From: Bdellovibrio sp. ZAP7
GTDB taxonomy: Bacteria; Bdellovibrionota; UBA1018; CAIMNF01
Reading direction: 5' to 3'
Length of the DNA stretch: 64,000 nucleotides
Assembly: GCA_945874535.1 (NCBI GenBank)
Contig: CAMCGZ010000010.1
Span: 8,549 to 72,548, forward strand
Shown here: in pieces, positions 22,009-31,944 of the stretch
How the letters are laid out: each line of letters begins with the position of its first letter
Position numbering within the stretch: the stretch's first letter is position 1
Translations under genes and position numbers: made by a program
The notes under the pieces: generated by a model
The model's input: the letters and a program-made list of their open reading frames with translations, nothing else
Told to the model about the DNA's origin: nothing
The model's database searches: none

Positions 22009-22679
22009 GGCAGGTATTTGTAGCCGATCCCGTAAACACTCTGGATATGCACGTTCATTTCAGGGATCTTTTTTCTCAGGGATCGGATATGCACGTCGAT
22101 GGTCCGGTCGGTCGTGGCGGGTGCAGAATCCTTCCAGATTTCTTTCATGATTTCCGATCGTGATACCACCACACCGTTACGTGAGGCGAGGAGACGAAGG
22201 ATATCGTACTCCGTCAGGGTGAGAGGAACGGGTTGCTCATCGTAGTTTGCTGTGCGATTGATCGGATCGATTTCGAGCTTGCCGACTTTGACTTTGGGTG
22301 AAGTGGAGAGCCGGGAGCGCAGCAAGCGGGATTTGATCCGTGCCATCAGTTCCCGGTGGTCGAAAGGTTTCGGAAGGTAGTCCTCGGCACCCATCGAAAG
22401 TCCGTAAGTGATCTCTGCAGTCGTGTTTTTACCTGAAAGGAATATAACGGGGATCGACTGGGTGTCGGGATCCGATTTCAGCCGCTTACAGGTATCATAG
22501 CCGTTCAGTACCGGCATGATCACATCGAGAACGATGAGGTCCGGGCATTGCGAGCGGGCAATGGCAATTCCATCTAGGCCGTTTTCTGCGACCAAGACTT
22601 CGAACTCACGCCCGAGCATCACCTGCAGGAATCTGCGGGTGTCGGGATTATCCTCGATGACCAGGATCTTCTGTCGCAT
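22005..22679 (-). CDS. OmpR-family response regulator (receiver plus winged-helix DNA-binding domain); orphan, with no adjacent histidine kinase
   Basis: REC motifs (VIEDNPD...DLIVLDVIMP...YLPKPF) and a C-terminal wHTH (LTLTEYDILRLL...DRTIDVHIRSLRKKI). Its stop overlaps the kinase stop in a shared TTAA. Confidence 0.85.
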   Translation of the reverse strand: MRQKILVIEDNPDTRRFLQVMLGREFEVLVAENGLDGIAIARSQCPDLIVLDVIMPVLNGYDTCKRLKSDPDTQSIPVIFLSGKNTTAEITYGLSMGAEDYLPKPFDHRELMARIKSRLLRSRLSTSPKVKVGKLEIDPINRTANYDEQPVPLTLTEYDILRLLASRNGVVVSRSEIMKEIWKDSAPATTDRTIDVHIRSLRKKIPEMNVHIQSVYGIGYKYLP

Positions 22680-22796
22680 CTAAGAACCTTTCGGCGATCA
22701 AGGAGAGTCCGGAAAGCAGAAGTTCGCACTCCGCCGGCTCGAGCGGTGTGCTCAACCCGAGAATCCGGGAAAGGGTGAGTGATAACTCCTGATCCC

Positions 22797-23288
22797 TCAT
22801 TTGTTACGTTCGCTCCAAAGTTTCTTTGCAAAACTACCGAACCAAGGGCTGGTTTCACCCATGTGGTCGATCCGTTTCAGCTCGTCTTCAACGGTTTGGC
22901 GGAGATTGCGGTTTTCCTCAAGCAGTCGTTCGGCATCCAGTCGCATTTTTTCACGGAGTTCGAGTCGGGATTGAAGCAAGTGAACCTGCTCTTCGAGTGC
23001 GGATTCGACCAGTTTTCTGCGGAGCTCCTCGAGTTCAGAAGCGTTACGGGCACACTTGAAGTGGATTCCCTTCGAAGAGGCAAGAGACTTGGCTTCCTCA
23101 ATCAGTCCATTCAGAGCCGGAATGGTTCCATCTGATTCAATGCCACCGAGGTCGAGTACGGTGAACACGGGTGAGGTTTCGAAAAACCTGAAGAGACTCG
23201 AACGGAGCGTCTCGAGATCCTCAGTTGAAGTCGGGCCCTGGATCCTGAACTCATTGATGCCATTCCTGGTCTGAAAGAGGATATTCAT
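22797..23288 (-). CDS. STAS-domain (anti-sigma-factor-antagonist-like) protein with a C-terminal coiled coil
   Basis: The N-terminal ~100 aa contain the STAS-like segment VLDLGGIESDGTIPALNGLIE, comparable to the SpoIIAA DLSGVSFMDSSGLGVIL region, with Thr at the phospho-site position. The C-terminal 60 aa are heptad-rich (EELRRKLVESALEEQVHLLQSRLELREKMRLDAERLLEENRNL). Confidence 0.5.
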   Translation of the reverse strand: MNILFQTRNGINEFRIQGPTSTEDLETLRSSLFRFFETSPVFTVLDLGGIESDGTIPALNGLIEEAKSLASSKGIHFKCARNASELEELRRKLVESALEEQVHLLQSRLELREKMRLDAERLLEENRNLRQTVEDELKRIDHMGETSPWFGSFAKKLWSERNK

Positions 23289-23380
23289 GACCCTAGTGTC
23301 TCATATCGCCCGATCATTCCATAGAGTCAGGGCATTGGCACAATGCCCGGCAATCTTTGCCGATGGTGTTTTGACGCTGA

Positions 23381-24556
23381 ATGTTTCCGGGGATTCCGCC
23401 GAAAAGGAAAATGGAGGTGGTTTCCTTGGTTTCCAGAATGGGATGGATTTGGATATTCGGACTGGTCCTGACGGGCGGCATCCCGCAGGCATCCGCTATC
23501 CCGTATTCTTATCCCGGGATCCGGTATGTGAGTCCATACAGCCAGTCTCTCGGTGGTGTGACGCTTCCGCTTTCGAATGAAACCGGCAATTCACTGTTCA
23601 ACAATCCGGCGGGCTTGGCCAAAAATACAAAATTCAGGGCGGAGTACCTCAATCTCCAGTTTGATGTGAACTCCGGAGTCGCAGGGGACATGACTCAGGC
23701 CACCAAGATGTTCAATCTCGGCAGTCTCACCGGAGCGCTCAATTCAGATATCAACTACCTTTATTCTGGAGGGATCGGAAATCTGACCGCGCTTTCGTGG
23801 GGTGGCTTTGCAGTGGGCTTGCTCCTGCAAGATCGTGTTCGTGCTTATTCGGATGGGACCAATGTCCATTACGAGACGAACAGTCTCGCAGTCCCTGCTC
23901 TCGGGTACGGGTTTTCTCTGGCCCGCGGAGTGGTCAGGCTCGGTTACAGTCTTCAATTGGTGAATCTCGCATCCGGTACCACACAGTCGGTTTCTGACTC
24001 GAGCGCCGGATTCCTTTCTGGTCTCAGCGAAGGGAAAGGACTCTCTCACACGGCATCTGTCAATTTCGCATTTCCGTTCACTTATCTTCCTACCGTGTCA
24101 CTCGTCGCACGGAATATCGGCGGAGTGACCTATGCGGAGGGGAGTCTACTGCCCAGGGCGAAAAGCCCGAGTGGAGCGCCCCCCACGGAAGTGATGACGG
24201 TCGATGCCGCCTTCGGAATGATGGTGCGGATCTCCGGGCAGGTGAAGACCAATTGGTACCTGCAATACAAAGACATCAATAACCGTGTCAGTGTTCCTTT
24301 TTTGGAGAAGCTCAATTTCGGGCTCGATCTCAGTCTGAGTCCGGCGGTGGCTCTCAGGGCTGGAATGACCGGGGATCAGTTTAGTGCGGGCCTTGGCTAC
24401 CGGAGTGCAGCGAGCGAGATCAACCTCGCCTGGTACAAGGATCCGACCCCCTTCAAGGATATTTCATACTACGACACCCGATTCGCACTTCAATACAAGG
24501 TCCTCTTCCAGGACCAGAACACCCGCAACCGTGAGGATGAGGGCAAACCCAAGTGA
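23381..24556 (+). CDS. Outer-membrane beta-barrel protein, possibly FadL/TodX-like
   Basis: Signal peptide (…GLVLTGGIPQASA). An NPAGLA motif near the N-terminus is reminiscent of the FadL hatch NPA motif. The remainder shows alternating amphipathic beta-strand patterns rich in G/S/Y/N. Confidence 0.45.
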   Translation: MFPGIPPKRKMEVVSLVSRMGWIWIFGLVLTGGIPQASAIPYSYPGIRYVSPYSQSLGGVTLPLSNETGNSLFNNPAGLAKNTKFRAEYLNLQFDVNSGVAGDMTQATKMFNLGSLTGALNSDINYLYSGGIGNLTALSWGGFAVGLLLQDRVRAYSDGTNVHYETNSLAVPALGYGFSLARGVVRLGYSLQLVNLASGTTQSVSDSSAGFLSGLSEGKGLSHTASVNFAFPFTYLPTVSLVARNIGGVTYAEGSLLPRAKSPSGAPPTEVMTVDAAFGMMVRISGQVKTNWYLQYKDINNRVSVPFLEKLNFGLDLSLSPAVALRAGMTGDQFSAGLGYRSAASEINLAWYKDPTPFKDISYYDTRFALQYKVLFQDQNTRNREDEGKPK

Positions 24557-24565
24557 GAGGACGAC

Positions 24566-25708
24566 ATGACTCAGCCAAAATTCCACTTTAGCATCCTCGG
24601 CCGGGACCGTGAGACCGAACAACGCTGGATCGCAGAGATCCGGACATTCCAACGCGGACTCGGAGGAGCACTGGGGGCGACACCGACACCAGCGGGCGAG
24701 ATCCTTTCGAATCTGATCCTCATCGATGCCGCAAGGCCGGGATGGCAGCACTGGCTCGAGAGCGTCGATCCGTCGGGCAAATCATTTGTCCTGGTTCTTG
24801 ATGAAGAGGATGGATTGCCATCAGGGAGCGAGGTTCAGCGGGTATCGGATCTGCTGGTGCATCCTTTCCGGGTTCCTGAATTGTTGAGTGTCGTCAAACA
24901 CCATCATGAGAGGGTTCGTGCGGATGAACTTCTTGCTGAGGCGGTAGCTGCGGAAAGGGATCTGGTGGATGCGAACGCCACACTCGAAAGGATCCTGCAG
25001 GCCAAAACGCCCAAACGCTATTCCGGGATCAAGGGGCTTCAGATCATGTCGAAGCATCTGTCCGGTTTGAAGCCGGGCGGGGACTACTTCGATGTTTTCG
25101 AGTCGGATAAAAAGGACTTCGTCAATTTTTTACTGGTGGATTCCTCGAGCTATGGTGTTTCGGCAGCCATTCTCGGGATGATCCTGTCTTGTTCCGCCCG
25201 TATGGCAAATGATCACCAGGTCACCACATCACAGTGGGTCCGCAATATTTATGAAGAGCTCCGGCTCACGCTCGGGGACCAGGGGCACTTCAGCATGTTT
25301 TTCGGCCGTTTGAACCGGCGCGATTTCAGCCTCCACTATCAATTGTTCGGATCGGTCGAGGGTTTTGTGGTCGATCAAGCTGGAGATTCGAGGCACCTGG
25401 AGCGGAATGGCGAGGCCATCAGCAACCGGCATGCTCCCTCCGAGTCCGAAGAAAAAGTCCTGAAACTCCAACCGAAAGACCGTCTCATCCTGTTGTCTGA
25501 TGGATTCGTGAAGGGCGTCGGCGGAGAGTTTCATCTGGACCGTGTCTTCAGAGAGAGGCTCGAGCGCGAACCCTTTGCTCTCGTGAACGAGTTGGCATTT
25601 CTCATCAAATCACGACTGAATGAAGGAGAGACCTTCCCGGGTGAAGACTGCTCTGCCATCGTGATCGATGTCGAGAAACGGGTATTGAGACTCGCCCCTA
25701 CGGGTTGA
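24566..25708 (+). CDS. Response-regulator receiver domain fused to a PP2C-type (SpoIIE/RsbU/HsbR-like) phosphatase
   Basis: The N-terminal ~120 aa carry REC-like motifs (LILIDAARPG, SFVLVL, DLLVHPFRVPELLSVV). The C-terminal domain carries GGDYFDV and LLVDSSSYGVSAAILGMIL...LLSDGF motifs typical of SpoIIE-type PP2C. A GAGAGGA RBS lies upstream. Confidence 0.7.
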   Translation: MTQPKFHFSILGRDRETEQRWIAEIRTFQRGLGGALGATPTPAGEILSNLILIDAARPGWQHWLESVDPSGKSFVLVLDEEDGLPSGSEVQRVSDLLVHPFRVPELLSVVKHHHERVRADELLAEAVAAERDLVDANATLERILQAKTPKRYSGIKGLQIMSKHLSGLKPGGDYFDVFESDKKDFVNFLLVDSSSYGVSAAILGMILSCSARMANDHQVTTSQWVRNIYEELRLTLGDQGHFSMFFGRLNRRDFSLHYQLFGSVEGFVVDQAGDSRHLERNGEAISNRHAPSESEEKVLKLQPKDRLILLSDGFVKGVGGEFHLDRVFRERLEREPFALVNELAFLIKSRLNEGETFPGEDCSAIVIDVEKRVLRLAPTG

Positions 25709-26519
25709 TTCTGGCAGTTGCCAGCGGAGGCAGGGGATGATTCCCCGACCTCAGAATCGAGTGGATGAGGGAATGCCCTGAAGCCAGGACGCTTGCGTGG
25801 TCGTATTGAATGCAGGCCGCCTTGAATTGTAAGACCATTCCCTGGGAATGAAATTCGACGATTTCACCGGTCACGGGGGGATGGGGTCGTACCCCTTGGA
25901 GGCTTGCGAGCGCTTCGGTCACTTCCCGGATCACCCGGTCGGGCTCTGCTGTCAGAGAGAGATGAATCTTGAAAGAGGCGAGACGCCAAGGGTGTGAACT
26001 CGAGTTCACGATATTGTCTGAAAAGAGTTTGTGATTGGCTACGAAAATCCTCTGTTGATCGGCATTGTCGATCAGTGTCGCAAAAAGTCCGATTTCACGG
26101 ACCACACCACTCACTCCCGCACCATGGATGACGTCTCCAGCCTTGAACGGTCGGAAGACGATAAGAAAAATCCCAGCCGCGAAATTGGAAAGCAGTCCGG
26201 ACCAGGCCACACCGATGGCAACACCAGCGGCAGCGAGGACTGCCGAGAATGATGTGGTTTCAATTCCGAAAAGACTCAAAATAGCTACGATTGCGAGCGT
26301 GCGGATCGAGAAGGCAAGAGTCTGATTTGCGTACAGAATGAGAGTGGGGTCGACGTTCTTCGACCTGAGGGCGGTGCTGAGAATCCGCTTTGCCCATCGG
26401 ATCACCAGAGAACCGGCGGTCCAGATGGCGAATGCACCGACAACCTTCAGTAAAAAGGGGACGAGCAAACGGTGTACCACACCATCCATTTTCGCGAATT
26501 CCGTCCAATCTGATGTCAT
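25698..26519 (-). CDS. mscS: Small-conductance mechanosensitive channel (MscS family)
   Basis: Three N-terminal TM helices, then an MscS beta-domain signature (AGDVIHGAGVSGVVREIGLFATLIDNADQQRIFVANHKLFSDNIVN). Confidence 0.8.
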   Translation of the reverse strand: MTSDWTEFAKMDGVVHRLLVPFLLKVVGAFAIWTAGSLVIRWAKRILSTALRSKNVDPTLILYANQTLAFSIRTLAIVAILSLFGIETTSFSAVLAAAGVAIGVAWSGLLSNFAAGIFLIVFRPFKAGDVIHGAGVSGVVREIGLFATLIDNADQQRIFVANHKLFSDNIVNSSSHPWRLASFKIHLSLTAEPDRVIREVTEALASLQGVRPHPPVTGEIVEFHSQGMVLQFKAACIQYDHASVLASGHSLIHSILRSGNHPLPPLATARINP

Positions 26520-27262
26520 AGTGTACCCTCGAATGTTTTTTCGACTTTTCCCGAGAACCAGATATTGTCAAAACGGCCCGGAGCGGTACTCCGGAATTGA
26601 ACCCTGAGTTCCCCGCCCACACAATGGATCAGCTCGGTTCCGGTCACAATCGCCGTAGCAATGGCCCCGGTGCCGCAGGAGAGGGTCTCATCTTCGACCC
26701 CCCGTTCATAGGTTCTGAGAAAAACCCGACCATCCCTTTTCTCATAGAAATTGACATTGATTCCGTTGGGCAGGAACTGTGCGGAATTGCGGATGCGACG
26801 TCCTTCTCCAACGACATCGTAATCGATCAGTCCGGTGACCGGAATGACCAGATGGGGAGACCCGGTGTCGAGCACATGTCCCACCGAAGTTTCACGGATT
26901 CCGCTCACTTCCTGCATTCGGATCGAAACAGTATCTCCGTCGATTTTTCCAGTATGTTCACCGTCGATTGCGACAAAACGGGAATCGCCACTGGAAATTC
27001 CGGAGTCGGCGGCGAAACGGAGCAAGGCTCTTCCTCCGTTTCCGCACATGGTGCATTCGCCTCCGTCGGCGTTGTAGTTCTTCATGCCGAAATCAAATCC
27101 ATCCGCCCTGGTGAGCAGAATCAGGCCGTCGGCACCGATTCCGTAACGTCGGTGGCAGAGACGCGCGATTTCCGCACGACTTGGATTCCATGATGAATCC
27201 CGGTGATCGACCAAAATGAAATCGTTGCCGTTCGCATGGTATTTCGAGAACTTCAGGGCCAT
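26516..27262 (-). CDS. dapF: Diaminopimelate epimerase
   Basis: N-terminal KYHANGNDFILVD motif and both catalytic Cys regions (CGNGGRAL / LSCGTGAIA). Length is 248 aa. Confidence 0.9.
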   Translation of the reverse strand: MALKFSKYHANGNDFILVDHRDSSWNPSRAEIARLCHRRYGIGADGLILLTRADGFDFGMKNYNADGGECTMCGNGGRALLRFAADSGISSGDSRFVAIDGEHTGKIDGDTVSIRMQEVSGIRETSVGHVLDTGSPHLVIPVTGLIDYDVVGEGRRIRNSAQFLPNGINVNFYEKRDGRVFLRTYERGVEDETLSCGTGAIATAIVTGTELIHCVGGELRVQFRSTAPGRFDNIWFSGKVEKTFEGTL

Positions 27263-27271
27263 GCGCTCACT

Positions 27272-28300
27272 TTAACCGGAGATGTTCTTTTTGAGAAGGC
27301 TGGCGGTCAGCTCCACCTCGTACTGGGAGGGTAGCCGCAAGGGAGTGATTTTATGTTCAAGCGATCCCAGAGCATCCGCCCCCTTGAGTCGGGCGCGGCG
27401 CTTCAAGGCTTCCGTCATGCGTTCGATCACTTCCTGAAAGAGGTCGGATTTTTCGACTTCCAGCATTTCAGCACGGAGGTACTGTACCATCCGGATTGAA
27501 TCATAAACCACAAATCCAGCTTCTTTGGCTGCTGTGGCAGGTAGCACCGGGATCTTCTTTTCGGCGGGATTCCCGGTACGTGTTCCGTCGAAGTGAAATC
27601 GGGATGAGGGTGACTCGGGCGTCACCTCGTCAGGGTCCCTGGGGGAGGGCTTCAGGAGGAATTCGAGTCCGGAATCCCTCATGTCCTGGATGAGTTTGAT
27701 CCCGGAGAACTCACTGATCCTGGAAAAGAGCACCCGTCCGGCGTTGATCTGGAAATCGAGCTCACTCGAGGAGAGTCCGACATCGTTTTCAGTGATGAAA
27801 AGCAGTAATTTGTCCCGGGCGAAAAGGTCGAATTCTCCCGAGACGAGAAGATGATGGGGAAACCGGGTTCCGGGTGCGAAAGGAGCTTCCTTCACCTTTT
27901 CGGCATACGATCGGATGGGTTCGAGGGGGGGAGTGGAAGGGGGAGGTGCTTGGAACTCCTCGAGAAAGTCCATGGGCGGTGCCGGAGCGGGTACGGTGGA
28001 TTCTGATCCGAATGGATCCGGCAACTCGGCAGGCCCCACATCCATGGTCTCTGGAGCCTCGTTGAATGCAGGAGATTGGAAAGGATCTGGAAGGGGCTCT
28101 TCCGGAGGCGCCTCGTGATCCATCATCCCAATCTGATCGATGGATTCGAAGGTATCGATGGCTTCAATCGGTTGCAGTTCATTGACTGCGAACGGATCTT
28201 CCGGAACAGCCGCTCCGTCATCTCCCACCGGATCGAGCTGGGGGAGTTCGAGGATTCCCGTCAGATCTTTCTTGTCAGGCGGGTTTCCGTCGTTAGCCAT
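27272..28300 (-). CDS. Hypothetical acidic Pro-rich protein with DPF repeats (EDPF, PDPF, PDPF) and a C-terminal ~170-aa globular region
   Basis: ORF immediately downstream of secA with a 2-nt gap. The ATG at 28300 was chosen because earlier codons overlap the secA coding end. No recognisable domain. Confidence 0.45.
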   Translation of the reverse strand: MANDGNPPDKKDLTGILELPQLDPVGDDGAAVPEDPFAVNELQPIEAIDTFESIDQIGMMDHEAPPEEPLPDPFQSPAFNEAPETMDVGPAELPDPFGSESTVPAPAPPMDFLEEFQAPPPSTPPLEPIRSYAEKVKEAPFAPGTRFPHHLLVSGEFDLFARDKLLLFITENDVGLSSSELDFQINAGRVLFSRISEFSGIKLIQDMRDSGLEFLLKPSPRDPDEVTPESPSSRFHFDGTRTGNPAEKKIPVLPATAAKEAGFVVYDSIRMVQYLRAEMLEVEKSDLFQEVIERMTEALKRRARLKGADALGSLEHKITPLRLPSQYEVELTASLLKKNISG

Positions 28301-28302
28301 GG

Positions 28303-31014
28303 TCAGAGGTGGACCCCGTGACATTTTTTGAACTTCTTGCCGCTTCCGCAAGGGCAATCATCATTTCTTCCGATTCCGGAAAGGTCGGTGCCTTTCGGGA
28401 GAGGGCTCAGCCCTTTGAGTGCTTCAGCTGCTGAAAGCATCCGTGGGCCACCGTCATCGTGTAGCGGAGCTTCTTGGATCTCCTCTGCTTCAAAGGCCTC
28501 AGAGGGCTCAGCAGTGATCTGCACGGCAAAGAGCTTCCGAACCACATCCCCGGTGATCTGGGCCATCATCATCTCGAAGAACTTGAAACCCTGTTTCTTG
28601 TATTCCACTAGAGGATCTTTTTGACCGTAGCCTTGGAGTCCGATTCCGTCCCGGAGATGGTCCATGGCCAGGAGATGGTCTTTCCAGAGATGATCGATCG
28701 TACCGAGGAGGACCATTTTCTCGACTTGGCGAACCAAATCGGCACCGTACTGGGTCTCTTTGGCCTGATAGGCATCTTCGGTCAGGCGGGAGAGGAGCTT
28801 TCTGAGCCCTTCACCGGTGAGCGGCTGAATATCGGATTCCCGGATATCGGATTGAATCTGATAGGTGACGGCCAGTGCTTCATTGAGTTCTTTCAGATTA
28901 AGGGATGAGGATCCATCCACTTTTCTGATCTTTCCGCCCGGGAAGAAGTCCTCTGCAATGGCGGAGTTGATCTCTTCCACCATGGAAACGACCATGTCGC
29001 GAAGGTTTGGCTGACCGAGAACCTCGCGGCGCCAGGCATAAACCACCTTCCGTTGCTGGTTCATGACATCGTCATACTCGAGCAGGTGCTTCCGGATATC
29101 GTAGTTGTGGCCTTCGACCTTCTTCTGGGCATTGGCGATCGCTTTGGTGATCCATGGATGCTCGATCGGAGCATCGTCTTCCATGAATCTCTTGATATTG
29201 ACGCCACCGAAAATCCGCATCAAGTCGTCATCCAAAGACAGGTAGAACTTCGATTTCCCGGGGTCGCCCTGACGACCGGCACGCCCCCGGAGCTGATTGT
29301 CGATCCGGCGGGATTCGTGACGTTCGGTCCCGAGAATGTAGAGGCCGCCGAGACTCTTCACTTCATTACGCTCGCGTTCGACGTCGTCGGCCCAACGTTT
29401 CATGTTCTCATCCAGTCGGGTTTTCCAAGCCGCATGGTCTTCTTCAGTCGCTTCGGGTGGAAGGGTTCCCGTGGCCTGCTTGGCGAGGAATTCGGCATTG
29501 CCCCCGAGAAGGATGTCTGTTCCGCGACCCGCCATGTTGGTGGAGATCGTCACTGAGCCCTTACGTCCCGCCTGGGCCACGATGTCTGCCTCACGCTCAT
29601 GTTGCTTGGCATTCAGAACGTTGTGCCGGATACCGGCCGATTTCAGATGACTCGAGAGTTCCTCGGATTTGTTCACCGAGACAGTTCCGACGAGCACGGG
29701 TTGTCCGCGGTCGTTCGCGGTTTTGATCTCTTCCAGAATGGCCTTGATTTTGGACGACTCGGACTTGTAGATGGTGTCCGCATCGTCTTTACGGATATTG
29801 GTGCGGTTGGTGGGGATGATCGAGACATCGAGATTGTAGATCTGCTTGAATTCGGTGGCCTCGGTATCCGCAGTGCCGGTCATTCCCGAGAGCTTTTTGT
29901 ACATCCGGAAATAGTTCTGGAAAGTGATGGTGGCGAGAGTCTGATTCTCGCTTTCGATCTTCACGCCCTCTTTGGCTTCGACAGCCTGGTGGAGACCGTC
30001 GCTCCAGCGGCGGCCGGGCATGAGGCGGCCGGTGAACTCGTCGACGATGCAGACTTCGCCCTCTTTCACGACATAATCGACATCGCGTTTGAACAGCACG
30101 TGTGCTCTCAAGGCCTGGTTCACGTGGTGCAGAAGTTCGATATTGGCCGGATCATAGAGGTTCTTGATTCCGAGTCTCTGCTCCATTTTGTCCACACCGG
30201 ATTCGGTGAGTGCGGCGGTCTTGGACTTCTCGTCCACGGTGTAGTCGGTTTGCTGGGTCAGGCCGCCATCCGCGCGGATCTGCCTGTCGATGATGTAGTA
30301 AAGCTCGGTCGAATCTTCGGATGGTCCGGAGATGATGAGCGGGGTCCGCGCCTCATCGATCAGGATCGAATCGACTTCGTCAATGATGGCATAATTCAAC
30401 TCGCGCTGGACGTAATCTTCCAGGCGGAACTTCATGTTGTCACGAAGGTAATCGAATCCGAATTCGTTGTTGGTACCGTAAGTGATGTCACAACCGTAGT
30501 TGATCTGTCTCTGGCGGTCGTTCAGTCCGTGCATGATGATGCCGGTCGAGAGGCCGAGGTATCCGTAGACACGTCCCATCCATTCGCTATCGCGCCGGGC
30601 GAGGTAATCGTTGACCGTGATGACATGCACTCCCTTGCCTTCGAGCGCATTGGTGTAAGAGGGGAGTGTGGCGACCAGGGTCTTTCCTTCACCGGTCTTC
30701 ATTTCGGCGATGCGGCCCCGATGCAGGGTGATGCCCCCGATGAGCTGAACATCGTAGTGGCGCTGCCCGATCACGCGCCATGCGGCTTCACGCACAGTTG
30801 CGAATGCCTCGGGTAGAATCGAGTCGATTTTCTCGCCCCGGGCAATCCGCTCCCTGAACTTCGCGGTCTGGGCTTTCAGATCATCGTTGGATAGCGCCTT
30901 GATGCGCGGCTCGAGTTCATTGATCCGGTTGACAATCGGGGCGATGGTTTTCAGCTCCCGTTCGTTTTGTGTTCCAAAAATTTTTCTGCCGATCTGGCTC
31001 AGTTGATTGATCAT
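28303..31014 (-). CDS. secA: Preprotein translocase ATPase SecA
   Basis: The N-terminus [22 protein letters not shown] aligns with canonical SecA. Walker A ([14 protein letters not shown]), DEAD-like motor domains, and a C-terminal Zn-binding tail ([14 protein letters not shown]) are present. Length is 903 aa. Confidence 0.95.
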   Translation of the reverse strand: MINQLSQIGRKIFGTQNERELKTIAPIVNRINELEPRIKALSNDDLKAQTAKFRERIARGEKIDSILPEAFATVREAAWRVIGQRHYDVQLIGGITLHRGRIAEMKTGEGKTLVATLPSYTNALEGKGVHVITVNDYLARRDSEWMGRVYGYLGLSTGIIMHGLNDRQRQINYGCDITYGTNNEFGFDYLRDNMKFRLEDYVQRELNYAIIDEVDSILIDEARTPLIISGPSEDSTELYYIIDRQIRADGGLTQQTDYTVDEKSKTAALTESGVDKMEQRLGIKNLYDPANIELLHHVNQALRAHVLFKRDVDYVVKEGEVCIVDEFTGRLMPGRRWSDGLHQAVEAKEGVKIESENQTLATITFQNYFRMYKKLSGMTGTADTEATEFKQIYNLDVSIIPTNRTNIRKDDADTIYKSESSKIKAILEEIKTANDRGQPVLVGTVSVNKSEELSSHLKSAGIRHNVLNAKQHEREADIVAQAGRKGSVTISTNMAGRGTDILLGGNAEFLAKQATGTLPPEATEEDHAAWKTRLDENMKRWADDVERERNEVKSLGGLYILGTERHESRRIDNQLRGRAGRQGDPGKSKFYLSLDDDLMRIFGGVNIKRFMEDDAPIEHPWITKAIANAQKKVEGHNYDIRKHLLEYDDVMNQQRKVVYAWRREVLGQPNLRDMVVSMVEEINSAIAEDFFPGGKIRKVDGSSSLNLKELNEALAVTYQIQSDIRESDIQPLTGEGLRKLLSRLTEDAYQAKETQYGADLVRQVEKMVLLGTIDHLWKDHLLAMDHLRDGIGLQGYGQKDPLVEYKKQGFKFFEMMMAQITGDVVRKLFAVQITAEPSEAFEAEEIQEAPLHDDGGPRMLSAAEALKGLSPLPKGTDLSGIGRNDDCPCGSGKKFKKCHGVHL

Positions 31015-31027
31015 GATGTCCTCTATT

Positions 31028-31936
31028 TCAATTTTCCAAAATATAAGCCAAGGGATCCACCGGGATTCCATGCACACGCACCTCGTAATGGAGGTGGGCT
31101 CCTGTGGATTTTCCCGAGTTTCCGATGAGTGCGATCAGTTGACCGCGTTTCACGAGTTGTCCGGGCTTCACAATGATTCGGGAGGTGTGCCCGTACCAGG
31201 TTTCCAGGCCGTAGCCATGGTCCAGAATCACAATTTGTCCGTAACCCGATTTCCGTCCCGCGAAAACCACAGTTGCTTGGGCAGGAGCCTTGATCGGCGT
31301 TCCGACCGCATTGGCGACATCGAGGCCCTCATGCATTTTTTCGGCACCGTCCCCGAGCGGCGAAACCCGGACACCGAATCCGGAAGTGAAGTACCCGTCG
31401 GCCGGCTTTTTGGTCGGAAGCGCATTCAGGAAGGATTTTTGATCGGAGAGCAATTCGTAGAGGTCGTGCAAGGACTGCTCGAGCTCCAGTGATTTGAGGC
31501 TGACTTTCTCGAAATGCGTATCCTCGGTCGACACCGGGATTTGGGTTTCCCGGGATGCGAACGCGAGGTTTTGAGCCGCATTCGGAGGCGGGAGGTCGAT
31601 GTGTCTCGAGAGTTGATCCTGATCCATGAGGTTCGTGATCATTTTCAGGCGGGCCGAAAAGTTCTCGATCCGATCGATGCTCGCCTCAAGAGCCTCCACG
31701 CGGTTCTGGTAAAGTTGCAGATCCTGACGCAATTTTCGGTTCTCGGATTGAAGCTCACGGTTCTCGTAGACTTGGTTGGCCACGAATCGGTAATCGAGGA
31801 ATAACGTGATCGAGATGAGCACCAGCACCGGAACGATCACCCATCCCGCACGGACCAACCACGAGGGGATGTTGAATTGCCTCGGACGGGAGGAATTCTC
31901 CGGAATGATCATGATGGTGTAAAAGCGGTTCGCCAT
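31028..31936 (-). CDS. M23-family (LytM/EnvC-like) peptidase with an N-terminal TM/coiled-coil region
   Basis: The C-terminal domain carries HxxxD (HEGLDVAN) and HLH ([10 protein letters not shown]) zinc-ligand motifs. An N-terminal coiled coil ([28 protein letters not shown]) follows a TM segment. Confidence 0.85.
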   Translation of the reverse strand: MANRFYTIMIIPENSSRPRQFNIPSWLVRAGWVIVPVLVLISITLFLDYRFVANQVYENRELQSENRKLRQDLQLYQNRVEALEASIDRIENFSARLKMITNLMDQDQLSRHIDLPPPNAAQNLAFASRETQIPVSTEDTHFEKVSLKSLELEQSLHDLYELLSDQKSFLNALPTKKPADGYFTSGFGVRVSPLGDGAEKMHEGLDVANAVGTPIKAPAQATVVFAGRKSGYGQIVILDHGYGLETWYGHTSRIIVKPGQLVKRGQLIALIGNSGKSTGAHLHYEVRVHGIPVDPLAYILEN

Positions 31937-31944
31937 GGTTTTGC

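Noticed and set aside
29599-30816. 405-aa plus-strand ORF inside secA (also 29053-29556 and 28621-28908)
   Set aside because: Antisense to secA, whose identity is unambiguous. The composition is G/V/D/L-rich, typical of reverse-frame artefacts.
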